Shown here piece after piece: positions 10,840 through 20,800 of a stretch of DNA of 64,000 nucleotides. Made by a program: the position numbers and the translations under genes. This stretch comes from Methanotrichaceae archaeon (GTDB taxonomy: Archaea > Halobacteriota > Methanosarcinia > Methanotrichales > Methanotrichaceae). The notes under the pieces were generated by a model that saw nothing but the letters and a program-made list of their open reading frames with translations, made no database searches and was not told the DNA's origin. How positions within the stretch are numbered: the stretch's first letter is position 1; each line of letters begins with the position of its first letter. The DNA is taken from the NCBI GenBank assembly GCA_963803145.1, contig CAWDLW010000015.1, forward strand, positions 352,001 through 416,000, read 5' to 3'.

Positions 10840-11435
10840 AATATTGTCGTAGCAGTGGATTCAACCTGCGTAAAGGTCACGAGAAAGGAGAATAGGTAGG
10901 AGAGAAACATGGTACTGAGCCCAGAGGTTAGATCAAGTTACATATCGCTGTTGATATTGAGACGAAGAAACCAATATCTTTCGAGATCACTGATGAGAGA
11001 ACGCCTGACGTAAGATGGTCAGGCCTCAACTGAATGGCGTATTGATGAAGGATTCTATAATGGATACTGGCTATGATACTGAAGTCGTATTTAAATTTAT
11101 AAAGGAGTGACATTGGCTAATATCAACGTCAGAAAGAATGCTATTGTTAAGGCGGGTACTGAGATGGCTGAGTCAGTTCTGGAATTAAAGAAATATGGAT
11201 ATGGTAGCTGGAAAAAGATTCAAAAATATAGCAAGAGATGGGCAGCAGAAAGCTTCTTTTCTGTGATCAAAAGAATCTTTGGAAAAACTGTTAGATCTAA
11301 CTCTTTAGAAGACATGATAATGTAAGTAGCAGGCGGATAGCGCCTTTTAATATAATATTATCATGGTTAGATATTGAAATTTATTCATTAAATACATTAT
11401 CGTATATCAATAATTATTCAATTATCCAACACAGT
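10840..11435 (+). mobile_element. Degraded IS5-family element
   Basis: VAVDSTCVKV, KLHIAVDIETK and YSKRWAAESFFSVIKRIFG fragments with stops/frameshifts; TTATCCAACACAGT end. Confidence 0.7.
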
Positions 11436-11547
11436 GTGGTATATGAAGTCAACGGTTTCGGGACTCTACAATTTAGGAATTCTCAAGCGAAATATTCATT
11501 AATACAGACAACGAAAGTACAAAGGTTATAATTATTGGAGATTAAAA

Positions 11548-11649
11548 ATGAAATATGAAAAACCTGAAATCACGGAGCTAGAACTAAATGACGAAATAGA
11601 TGATGATGAAATAAGCATAAATTGCGAAGGGTGCGGATGTGGAACTTAG
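11548..11649 (+). CDS. Putative RiPP precursor peptide, 33 aa: MKYEKPEITELELNDEIDDDEISINCEGCGCGT
   Basis: Manual translation (below ORF-track cutoff); GGAG RBS; YxxPxI RRE-type leader, acidic spacer, CxxCxC core; directly upstream of a PqqD-like gene. Confidence 0.8.
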   Translation: MKYEKPEITELELNDEIDDDEISINCEGCGCGT

Positions 11650-11790
11650 TCAAATGGCGGCGATGCGCCCCACTGCAAGCAGCGGAGCATGCAAGGCACT
11701 GCCGCATAATTCACAGTTGGCTAACTGATCCCACCTACGTTGGATGAGAATGCTCTTTTATCCAAGCCACACCAAGCTGTAGGGTATTAC
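11648..11790 (-). mobile_element. Non-autonomous IS200/IS605 derivative (about 140 bp)
   Basis: Reverse complement starts TAATACCCTACAGCTTGGTGTGG (left-end hairpin) and ends GCATCGCCGCCATTTGACT (right end), matching the IS200 at 12887-13495. Confidence 0.7.
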
Positions 11791-11836
11791 TTTTAAAATA
11801 AAATGCGAAAAACCTGAAATTAAGGAATAGGGACAT

Positions 11837-12088
11837 ATGGAAATTTCCAGGTCGATTAAGATGGTTAGGCGACTTGATAAAATACTACTATATTCGTCAG
11901 AGGAAGGAGATTTATTCCAGATAAATGAAATAGGCGCTTTTATTTTAGAAAAAATAAGAACGGGGAAAAATGAGAGAGAAATAGTTTTAGAACTGGAAAA
12001 AGAAACATATGAAAAAGAGGATAGAATAAAAGAGGATGTAAAAGAGTTTTTAGGAATCCTTAAAGAAAAAGGCATAATAAATGATTGA
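11837..12088 (+). CDS. PqqD-family RiPP recognition element (RRE)
   Basis: 83 aa; LFQINEIGAFILE...EIVLELEKETY...IKEDVKEFLGILKEKGII is the PqqD pattern. Confidence 0.85.
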   Translation: MEISRSIKMVRRLDKILLYSSEEGDLFQINEIGAFILEKIRTGKNEREIVLELEKETYEKEDRIKEDVKEFLGILKEKGIIND

Positions 12089-12887
12089 TAGTAGATTAAT
12101 TGGTATTCTTGATAGAGATGTATTAATTCTTATAAAAATTTTGAAGAGGATGCAAAAGGTAGGTATAGAAAATTCACGGCAAACACAAGTTGCAGGTGCA
12201 TTATTGAAATTGGGTCTGGATAAAGAGGATGAATCTCTACAAAAAGTCCTTCAGGTATCCATACAAAGAACCGAGGAAAATAAAATCTCTGATATGAGCG
12301 AAGCAATAAATTGTCTGAAATTGTTTTCCTTTTATAAAAGATGTTTTGAAACAAGTGTAACGAAACTAGTAAATATTATTGTAGATTGTTTGAATGATGA
12401 TGGAGGATTGGGGAAATTCAAAGGAGATAGAAGTAGAATTCCCATTTGTTGGAGTTTATTAGAATCTTTTTACTACCTCAACAAGGAGGAAGATAATAAT
12501 ATTGTAGAAATTATTAATTGCATGGAAAGAGAGTGGTCGAATGATATGAAATTCGGTGGATTAAGCTATAAATGTGCTGGAATACTAATTGCAGCCAATT
12601 ACTATCCCCTATTTGATAATGAATTTATTGAGAAATCATTGAATTGGTTAATAAATGATCAATCCGAAGATGGTGGATGGAGTGCCAAGAAAGGTTTTTC
12701 TGTTGGTTCAGTTCCGTCTTATACTGGATTAGCATTGCGGGCACTAACAAACTATGGAAAAAGCGATGAAGTTGAAAATACAATTTCACATGGAATAGGT
12801 TGGCTAATAGCAACAAGGCAAAGGGGTTTATGGAAAGAACATCCGATAGAAAGAGCATTAATAGAAGTAGATTTGTTTTTATTTTAA
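12081..12887 (+). CDS. Prenyltransferase/squalene-cyclase repeat (alpha-alpha toroid) protein; extreme C-terminus possibly clipped by IS200
   Basis: QW-like repeats CLNDDGGLG, WLINDQSEDGGW, TGLALRAL, GIGWLIATRQRGLW; overlaps pqqD stop. Confidence 0.7.
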   Translation: MIDSRLIGILDRDVLILIKILKRMQKVGIENSRQTQVAGALLKLGLDKEDESLQKVLQVSIQRTEENKISDMSEAINCLKLFSFYKRCFETSVTKLVNIIVDCLNDDGGLGKFKGDRSRIPICWSLLESFYYLNKEEDNNIVEIINCMEREWSNDMKFGGLSYKCAGILIAANYYPLFDNEFIEKSLNWLINDQSEDGGWSAKKGFSVGSVPSYTGLALRALTNYGKSDEVENTISHGIGWLIATRQRGLWKEHPIERALIEVDLFLF

Positions 12888-13495
12888 CGAATACCCCACA
12901 GCTTGCTGTGGGGATGGCAAACTAACAGGGGATTAATAAGGTATTTAGTTCTAGCAGGCGCTATCTGAATTAATGCTGGAATTGCGGCATGCAAGCCATT
13001 GTGTTTACAGAATCAGATATCATATGGTGCTTTGTGTAAAATATAGAAAGAAATTACTTATCGATCAGGAAAGGATAGACCTTTTTAAGAATGTATGTAT
13101 TGAGATTGGTGAAAGATATTGTTTTGAATTTGATGCTATTGGGACAGATGGAGACCATGTCCACGTTTTTGTTGGATCAGCGCCAAAATATGCGCCATCT
13201 AAGGTTATGCAAGTTATAAAAAGTATAACTGCAAGGCAAATTTTCAGAGCCTTTCCTGAAATCAGAAAACAACTTTGGGGTGGAGAGTTTTGGAGTGATG
13301 GTGGCTATATTGGTACCGTAGGTGAGGGTATAACTGCTGAAATTATAAGAAATTATATTGAAAGGCAAGGATCGATTGAGGAGAAAGAAAGCTATAATCA
13401 AATGAAGCTGTTTGAATTTGAATAAGCGGGGCTATTGCGGCGGCGCCTCGCATGCCCCGCAGCTTGCTGCGCGGGTGCGCCGCCGCAGTTTGACT
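12887..13495 (+). mobile_element. IS200 element (tnpA only)
   Basis: Subterminal hairpins CCCCACAGCTTGCTGTGGGG and CCCCGCAGCTTGCTGCGCGGG; no TIR/TSD; ends approximate. Confidence 0.85.
12973..13425 (+). CDS. tnpA: IS200/IS605 Y1 HUH transposase
   Basis: DHVH (HUH), LWGGEFWSDGGY, catalytic Tyr in RNYIERQ. Confidence 0.95.
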   Translation: MLELRHASHCVYRIRYHMVLCVKYRKKLLIDQERIDLFKNVCIEIGERYCFEFDAIGTDGDHVHVFVGSAPKYAPSKVMQVIKSITARQIFRAFPEIRKQLWGGEFWSDGGYIGTVGEGITAEIIRNYIERQGSIEEKESYNQMKLFEFE

Positions 13496-13551
13496 CAATC
13501 AAATTTCATCCCAGCATAATAATAACATTTAATACGAATTATTATTATAGT

Positions 13552-14316
13552 CTATTCAGTCTTCCACCAATCTCGATTTCCTGCAATCGCATCAGTTAGA
13601 AATTTCTTATGTCTTTCAATTTCTTCATAGATTTCTCCATTCTTACAAATGAGGCCATGTCCTGGTACTAATATTTCGATCTTCATCTCTTTTAATTTTT
13701 CAAGCGATCGTATCCATAGTTCCCACAATTTATGGTTTCCGAAACGCAATGTAGGTAAATATTTTGAGTAAATCAAATCGCCTACATAAATTACTCTCTC
13801 TTCAGGCATATAAACCGAAATATTAGTATCAGTATGTCCAGGCGTCAGAATTAGTTCCACTTCGATTCCACCTACACTTAATGATGTATCTTTTTCGATA
13901 AATTTATCTGGATTACAAACGATAGTCTTAGCAAAAAATTTTTCTATTTTCTTGGAGTCCTTCTGCTCTTTGAATCCTGATGAGAGTATATCGTTCATCC
14001 GGTTAATCATCGATTCCATATTCATATGTTTATTATAAGCAATCATATTATATGCAATAATTTCGGCTCCGATTTCTTTGAAAATTGAATTGCCAAGCGT
14101 GTGATCAAAATGGAGTTCAGTATTGATCAAATACTTTATTTTATTCTGGGGTGCACTTACCTTAGCGTAACCTAAAATTGTTTGAGCTGATAGATAATTA
14201 AATGCGGAGTCGATAATCAATGTCTCTCCATCGCCTGTTATAAATCCGGCATTTACACTGAAACCAGTTTCATGAGCCAAACCAGTTACCGCAAAACAAT
14301 GTCTACTAAGTTCCAT
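13552..14316 (-). CDS. Metallo-beta-lactamase-fold hydrolase
   Basis: TELHFDHTLGN, PGHT, GDL, PGHG motifs. Confidence 0.9.
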   Translation of the reverse strand: MELSRHCFAVTGLAHETGFSVNAGFITGDGETLIIDSAFNYLSAQTILGYAKVSAPQNKIKYLINTELHFDHTLGNSIFKEIGAEIIAYNMIAYNKHMNMESMINRMNDILSSGFKEQKDSKKIEKFFAKTIVCNPDKFIEKDTSLSVGGIEVELILTPGHTDTNISVYMPEERVIYVGDLIYSKYLPTLRFGNHKLWELWIRSLEKLKEMKIEILVPGHGLICKNGEIYEEIERHKKFLTDAIAGNRDWWKTE

Positions 14317-14459
14317 AATTTGGTCTCCTTGCGGATTTAGAGATTAAATGATAGGATTACTATTAACTCTTGCTATTGAGCAGCTAATCCAATGTCGCTA
14401 ATCACGTCGATATTATCCATTTTCCTTTAATTATATCTTATATTGATTATTTTTTGCCA

Positions 14460-14860
14460 GTTTCCGCTAGTCTAGAGACATCCGAGGCAAAGATATTTCC
14501 AACACAAATTTGGAGACAGTGTCTCTAGCCCTTCTAGTCGAAACGCCCTGTAGATATGATTCTGCTATTGCAATTCTCAAAGACTTTTTATTCGGGATGA
14601 TCAATCGGGTATGTGCGATTGGACGGGAAGCGCGCGAAATTGTGGCTTACTCAGAATTACTTCTCAGTGAAGGATCTGGAGGGATCTCTTTCTGGTGCCA
14701 TTACGTCGCGTTCTCCTTCTGCCAGAATGTTCATAGGGTTGGCCTGAATCTGGTTCAATGCCTCCTGTTGCATCACTTTATTCAAGAACCAAGTAATCAG
14801 ATTCTTCATCCTATTACTACGATCAACAAGGCAATCTTCTGCTAAATCCTCAATATCATG
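14460..14860 (-). pseudogene. IS256-family transposase N-terminal remnant
   Basis: Minus-strand fragments MKNLITWFLNKVMQQEA and KSLRIAIAESYLQGVSTRR in different frames; boundaries approximate. Confidence 0.65.
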
Positions 14861-15037
14861 GTTCAGTGTCCTTCCGTTATGTCCAATGGCCCAGGGGATA
14901 CAGGGAGATATTATCTAGTTATCCTACCACTAATTTACAGCAAAGTGGTACGCTGCCAGAATTGTTGACATTCAGAGTGGCAATTCATAGACGCCATACA
15001 CGACCTAATGACGAGGGAAAAGAGAAACCTTTATTTA

Positions 15038-16120
15038 TAGTTAATCATTGAGCTTATTGCCCTATAGATACATTTAATAATTAATGCGTGAAAATACATA
15101 GGCATGGGTAGAAAACCTATAATAATTAGGCATATATCAAAGATAGACCTTGATAAATTATATAAAAAAGAGACTGATCTAAGGATTAAGGAACGGTTAT
15201 TGGCAATAATACATTTATATGAAGGGAAAAACGTATATGAGGTAGCTGATATTTTAAAAAGGGGCGAGAGGACAATAAAATATTGGTTAAGCAGATGGAA
15301 TAATCAAGGCTATAATGGATTGACACCAAAGAATAGAAATGGCAAAAAGCCAAAGATGTCTCTTGATGAATGGGATAGAGTTATTAAAGAAATTGAAGAC
15401 AAAGGAATGACGATAAAAGACGTATTAAAATATGTAAGGGATACAAGAGGTATAGATTTTTCATATAAATATGGCTGGCGAATTTTAAGAGTAGTGAAAA
15501 AAGTTAAGTATGGGAAACCATACATCAGAAATGAAAAGAGGCCTGCAGATGCAGAAAGTTTTTTAAAAAAGGATAAAATCAGTGCTGACCACTGTTACTG
15601 ATCCTGTTATAGGATTTCTTGATGAAAGCTCTTTACAACAGCGCCCTAATACACGTAGAGTCTTAAACACTCATTTAATAAATTATAAACCTGGAAAGGT
15701 TAGATCAAGAACTATTTTTGGATTTATAGCATTAAATGGCAATGATGAGGTTATGGTTTCCAACTCCTCTAAGAAGGAAGCGTTGATGGCATTTGCTCAA
15801 AATATAAGAAATAATAATATTATGAGGCCAATTTGTATACTTTTAGATAATGCTAGAATTCATTTGGCCAAGAAATTTAGAAAACTAGCTGAGGAAATCG
15901 ATATTCACTTAATTTATAATATCCCCTATTCACCAGATTTGAATCCTATAGAATTCGGTTGGAAGGATTTCAAAAGAGAGATCGCCAAATACACTGATTT
16001 CGATGAAGCTATTATAGCTAGCCAAGATTGCGCTTTAGAAATATTTTATTCCAAAAAGGATGGATATTCAAAGTCCTGGGTGGAGCGATTTCTTAGTGCA
16101 AAAAGCTAGGAGATTAACTA
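15038..16120 (+). mobile_element. IS630-family element, copy 1 (orfA 15104-15601, orfB 15582-16109, probable -1 frameshift)
   Basis: TIR TAGTTAATC/GATTAACTA, TA duplication, HTH plus DDE (DES, LDNARIH, PYSPDLNPIE); TTTTTTAAAAAAG slippery site. Confidence 0.92.
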
Positions 16121-16154
16121 TAATAACGACAGGGCAAGTACCCTTAGATGAGAT

Positions 16155-16634
16155 ATGGTCGACGATAATGTGGCTGATACGAAGATATATCTTGAATTGG
16201 ATGATGAACTTAAAAACGTTCTAGAAGATAACGAACTAGATATTTCCGATTTACTGCAAAACGAGGGAATTGAAGCAGTTGTCAAGCCAGGGACGGCACC
16301 GTACCAGACAGAAGATAATGATGCCAGAGATAAGGAACCAATTTCGATCATTATAGCCTGTAGTATTGCGATAGTTCCTATAGTATGGGCTATCTCCAAA
16401 GGATTAAGTACATTGTACAATAATAAGCCCATAGTTGAAAAAATTAGCGAACTTGTGGAGTTAAGGGACGCGAATGATAACATATTGATGAATAAAGACG
16501 GAAATCCAATTTTTAAAAAAATAGAAAGGTATGTGATACTTCAACCTAAATTAGAAGAAAAGCTGGAGATTAAGGCAACGTTTGATCTTAGAAATGGAAT
16601 CGTCATCCAAATCAGTTCAGAAACGAAAAGCTAA
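16155..16634 (+). CDS. Single-TM protein preceding a caspase (EACC1-like architecture)
   Basis: Central hydrophobic helix ISIIIACSIAIVPIVWAI; first gene of the caspase/NB-ARC run. Confidence 0.55.
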   Translation: MVDDNVADTKIYLELDDELKNVLEDNELDISDLLQNEGIEAVVKPGTAPYQTEDNDARDKEPISIIIACSIAIVPIVWAISKGLSTLYNNKPIVEKISELVELRDANDNILMNKDGNPIFKKIERYVILQPKLEEKLEIKATFDLRNGIVIQISSETKS

Positions 16635-16676
16635 CTGCGTAGTGATCCAGTTTAGAGTTTAATTAAGGTGGCTGCA

Positions 16677-17879
16677 ATGGCTTATAAGGCATTTATCATT
16701 GGTATTAACACACTAGGCTTGAAATATTGTGATAGAGATGCAGATCTGATGAAATATGCCCTCTCAAAACGCGGCTATAATGTAAATGTAATAAATAAAG
16801 AAGCGAAAAAGTATGATATCATGCCGAAATATATCGATATATTGGGAGATTGCCGAATAGTAGATACCTTAATTTTCTTTTTTTCAGGTCATGGCAAACC
16901 CATTGGGCGCGAACTTTTTTTATTTACCAAGGGAGATGGTTCGGACGAATTAAACAAGATTCCAATTAGTGAGATTTTGGGGCCTTTGGAACGGTGCGCC
17001 GCCAAAAACAAACTTGTAATCTTAGATTGTTGCCGGGCAGGAAGACTAAATGGTAGTGGTGAGTGGAATTGTCCTGAACCGGGGGATTTCTATCGCATTC
17101 TTGTTGCTGCGAATCCTCTAGAAAAGGCCAAAGAGATCGATGATTTGCGAGCAAGTTTTTTAACGCATAAAATTCATTCAGCACTTACAAATCCTCCCGA
17201 AGCTATCTTGGACAAAGGAAAAATTCGAATAAACAACCTTTCTGATTGGCTACGTAAGCAGGCGGACTTACATAATGTGTCATCATTGATAAAAGTCCCC
17301 CGACCATATCTGATTGGAGCCGATAGGGCGGATTTTGAGATCTGCATTCTTGAAAAGTCACTTATCGAGCCAATGGAAGGCAAAACCATAATCAATGATA
17401 GGCAATTGATTGATGAAATAAGAGAATGGAAAGTGATTCATACAAAATCGCAATCCCTTCAAGATCATCTAGCCGAAATGATTCGACATCTTCATATATC
17501 CCGATTTGAACCCTTTGGTTCAAAGGGTTTTAATAATTCAATGCAAAGCGCGGAAAATGAATGGATACGATGCGCTTCTTATTTTAAAGAGATACTGGAG
17601 GATGTTAAGGGATTTCGCTACATTGCGGCGAATGAGGCAGTTCTACAGTGTTTACCATACGCTACAGAACCATCTATTAAACCTATATTGGATCGGATTA
17701 GAATAGCAAAGAGCCCTGAAGACGCTTTAGATATCCAACGACTGATAGTCGATATTAAACAAGTTATAGATGAAATGCTTCATGTAGCTGATAAACAAAT
17801 TGTCTTATTAGTTGATAAGCTAGCAATTAAATCATCGTCCGAAACGATTGAGGCAAATCATGTCGTTACAGAAGCTTGA
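16677..17879 (+). CDS. Caspase-like (peptidase C14) protease with helical C-terminal domain
   Basis: AFIIGIN, FFFSGHG (His) and ILDCCRAG (Cys) dyad. Confidence 0.88.
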   Translation: MAYKAFIIGINTLGLKYCDRDADLMKYALSKRGYNVNVINKEAKKYDIMPKYIDILGDCRIVDTLIFFFSGHGKPIGRELFLFTKGDGSDELNKIPISEILGPLERCAAKNKLVILDCCRAGRLNGSGEWNCPEPGDFYRILVAANPLEKAKEIDDLRASFLTHKIHSALTNPPEAILDKGKIRINNLSDWLRKQADLHNVSSLIKVPRPYLIGADRADFEICILEKSLIEPMEGKTIINDRQLIDEIREWKVIHTKSQSLQDHLAEMIRHLHISRFEPFGSKGFNNSMQSAENEWIRCASYFKEILEDVKGFRYIAANEAVLQCLPYATEPSIKPILDRIRIAKSPEDALDIQRLIVDIKQVIDEMLHVADKQIVLLVDKLAIKSSSETIEANHVVTEA

Positions 17880-20800
17880 AAGTAATTATAGAAATTTTTT
17901 GAACTCATATAAATCTGAGAAACAGCTGGACATCCTTGAAGCTAAGAATCTTCTTAATACTTTTCGACAATCTGGCGAATTTATCAGCAGCCCAGAGGAA
18001 AGAGAGATTTTATCTGTATGGTGCAGGACAATTGCAGACATAATCTTTGAGAATACAGGGGAATATCTTCCTGTGAGAATCTTTCCTTTAGATAACATCA
18101 CAATATCATCTGAACCTGCCTCGATCCCCCTCCCTCGCCAGATACCTCCACCGCCAGCTGACTTTAAAGGCCGTAAGGACGAAATCATAAATATCCTATT
18201 ATGCTTCGATAAGGTAAGACCCATCATCGGTCTGCGTGGTATGGCTGGCGTTGGCAAGACTGCACTAGCACTTGTTTTGGCAGAGAGGCTAAAAGACCGT
18301 TTTCCTGATGGGAATCTCTTTCTAAACCTGCAAGGAACGACTAGTAATCCCCTTAGAGCAGCTGATGCTATGGCCCAAGTCATCCATTCGTATTACCCAA
18401 CTAAACGCCTGCCAGAGAGAGAAGACGAGTTGCGTGGGCTATATCTCTCAGTTCTGTCTGACAAACGAGTACTGCTTTTATTAGACAATGCGAAGAATAG
18501 AGAGCAGGTTGAGCCGTTGTTGCCTCCTTCAAGCTGCGCCGTTTTAATCACCTCAAGAAATAAATTTTCTTTGCCAGGCTTAACGGCACGAGATCTGGAT
18601 GTTTTGAGTTCTGCAGAAGCTCGTGAACTGCTCCTCGAAATCGCCGGACGGATTGGCGATCGATCTGACAATTTGGCAAATCTTTGCGGAAATCTTCCCC
18701 TGGCCCTTCGAAATGCTGCAAGCGTCTTGGCCGAGAGGGGAGACATAGATGTGGCTGATTACGAACGCTGCCTAAGTGACAAAAAGATGAGGCTAGATCT
18801 AGTATATGCTTCATTCAGTTTGACTTACGATCTTTTGTCTCCAGTGAAAAAGAAGCATTGGTGTCGTCTTTCGGTCTTTCCGCAAGACTTTGACCTAAAA
18901 GGTGGAACAGCAGTTTTGAAGATGGCTCTTGAACCATCTGCTAAGGTATTGAGCGACTTAGTTAAATGTAGTCTCGTGGATTTTATTCGCCCCGTAGATT
19001 CCGGAGAGGGACGTTACAAGCTGCATGACTTGGCTCGCCTTTTCGCTGAATCACGCCTGGAATCCAAGGAGCGTGACGATGCTGAGCATTGCCATGCTAA
19101 GTATTACTTGATAATGCTCTCTTCTGCGGAAACTCTCTACAATAAGGGCGGGGAAAATGTCATGGAAGGGCTGAAAATTCTCGATCGAGAATGGGCGAAT
19201 GTGCAGGCCGGACAGGCATTTGCCGTAAAAAATGCCAAAAAAAATGCGGATGCAGCTGCCCTCTGCATTGAATACGCTGATCCAGTGGGTATCCTTTCAT
19301 TGCGATTGCATCCCAACGATCTAATTCACTGGCTTGAGGTTTCTTTGGATGCAGCTAAGCAATTAAAAAGATCAGCTCAAGAAGGCATCATTCTAACGAA
19401 GATAGGATATACCTACTTCCAACTGGGCAAGGTTCAAGAGGCAATCCATCTCCATGAGAAGGCACTGACTATAAGCCGCAAGATCGGTGCCAGACGAGGT
19501 GAAGGAACCGTTCTGGGAAACCTGGGACAGGCCTATGCTGCTCTGGGCGAGACACGGAAGGTCATCGAATATTCTGAACACGCGCTGGCCATCGACCGTG
19601 AAATCGGAAACAAAAAAGGGGAAGATATCCGCTTGGGCAATCTGGGCTGTGCTTATTATGATTTAGGCGAGATGCATAAGGCCATCGAGTACTACGAGCA
19701 GGCGCTGACCATCGACCACGAGATTGGAGACAGAAGGAGCGAAGGAAAGCATCTGGGCGATATGGGATTGGCTTATGCCAGTCTGGGAAAGACTCGCGAA
19801 GCCATCGAGTACTACAAGCAGGCCTTGAATATTGCTTGCGAGCTCGGCGACCTAAGGACTAAAGGAAGACACATGGGCAATTTGGGCGGTGCTTATTACG
19901 ATCTAGGCTATATTCGTAAAGCGATCGAGCACTATGAGCAGGCGCTGGCCATCAGCCGCGAGATCGGGAACCCATGGATTGAAGGAGAAAATCTATGTAA
20001 TTTAGGGAATGCCTATGCTGCCTTAGAGGATACTAACAAGGCAATTATAGTTAATCCACGTAATTTTTACCTCATAGATACCCTTAAATAATTAATATAC
20101 GATATAGCCGTTCATGGGCAGGAAACCTGTAATTGTAAGACATATCTCGAAGGTAGAATTAGATCAATTGTATAAAGATGAGAGAAACATAAGAATTAAA
20201 GAACGGCTACTAGCGATAATACATTTATACGAAGGAAAGAATGTATATATAGTAGCTGATATTCTTAAACGAAGTGAAAAGACAATAAAGAATTGGCTAA
20301 GCGATTGGAACAAACAAGGATATGATGGATTGATACCACAGAATAGAAACGGCAAAGAACCAATGATATCTTTTGATGAATGGGATAAAATTATCGAAGA
20401 GATTGAGGACAAAGGAATGACTATAAAAGAGGTAATAAAATATGCAAAAGACACAAGAGGCGTAGAATATTCGTATAAAGGTGGTTGGAAGATTTTAAGA
20501 TCAATAAAGAAAGTCAAATATGGTAAACCATATATTAGAAATAATAAGAGGCCTGTTAATGCAGAAAGTTTTCTAAAAAAAGGATAGATTCAGTAATAAC
20601 AACAGTCAAAGAACCTATTATTGGATTCCTTGATGAAAGCTCTTTGCAACAGCGACCTAATACACGCAGGGTTTTAAACACCCATATGCTAAATTATCAA
20701 CCTGGAAAAGTTAGGTCTAGAACTGTTTTTGGGTTCATTGCATTGAATGGAAATGATGAAGTTATGGTCTCTCACTCATCCAAGAAAGAAGATTTAATGA

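Noticed and set aside
12887-13495. TnpB/omegaRNA system
   Set aside because: Element holds only tnpA; no tnpB or room for one
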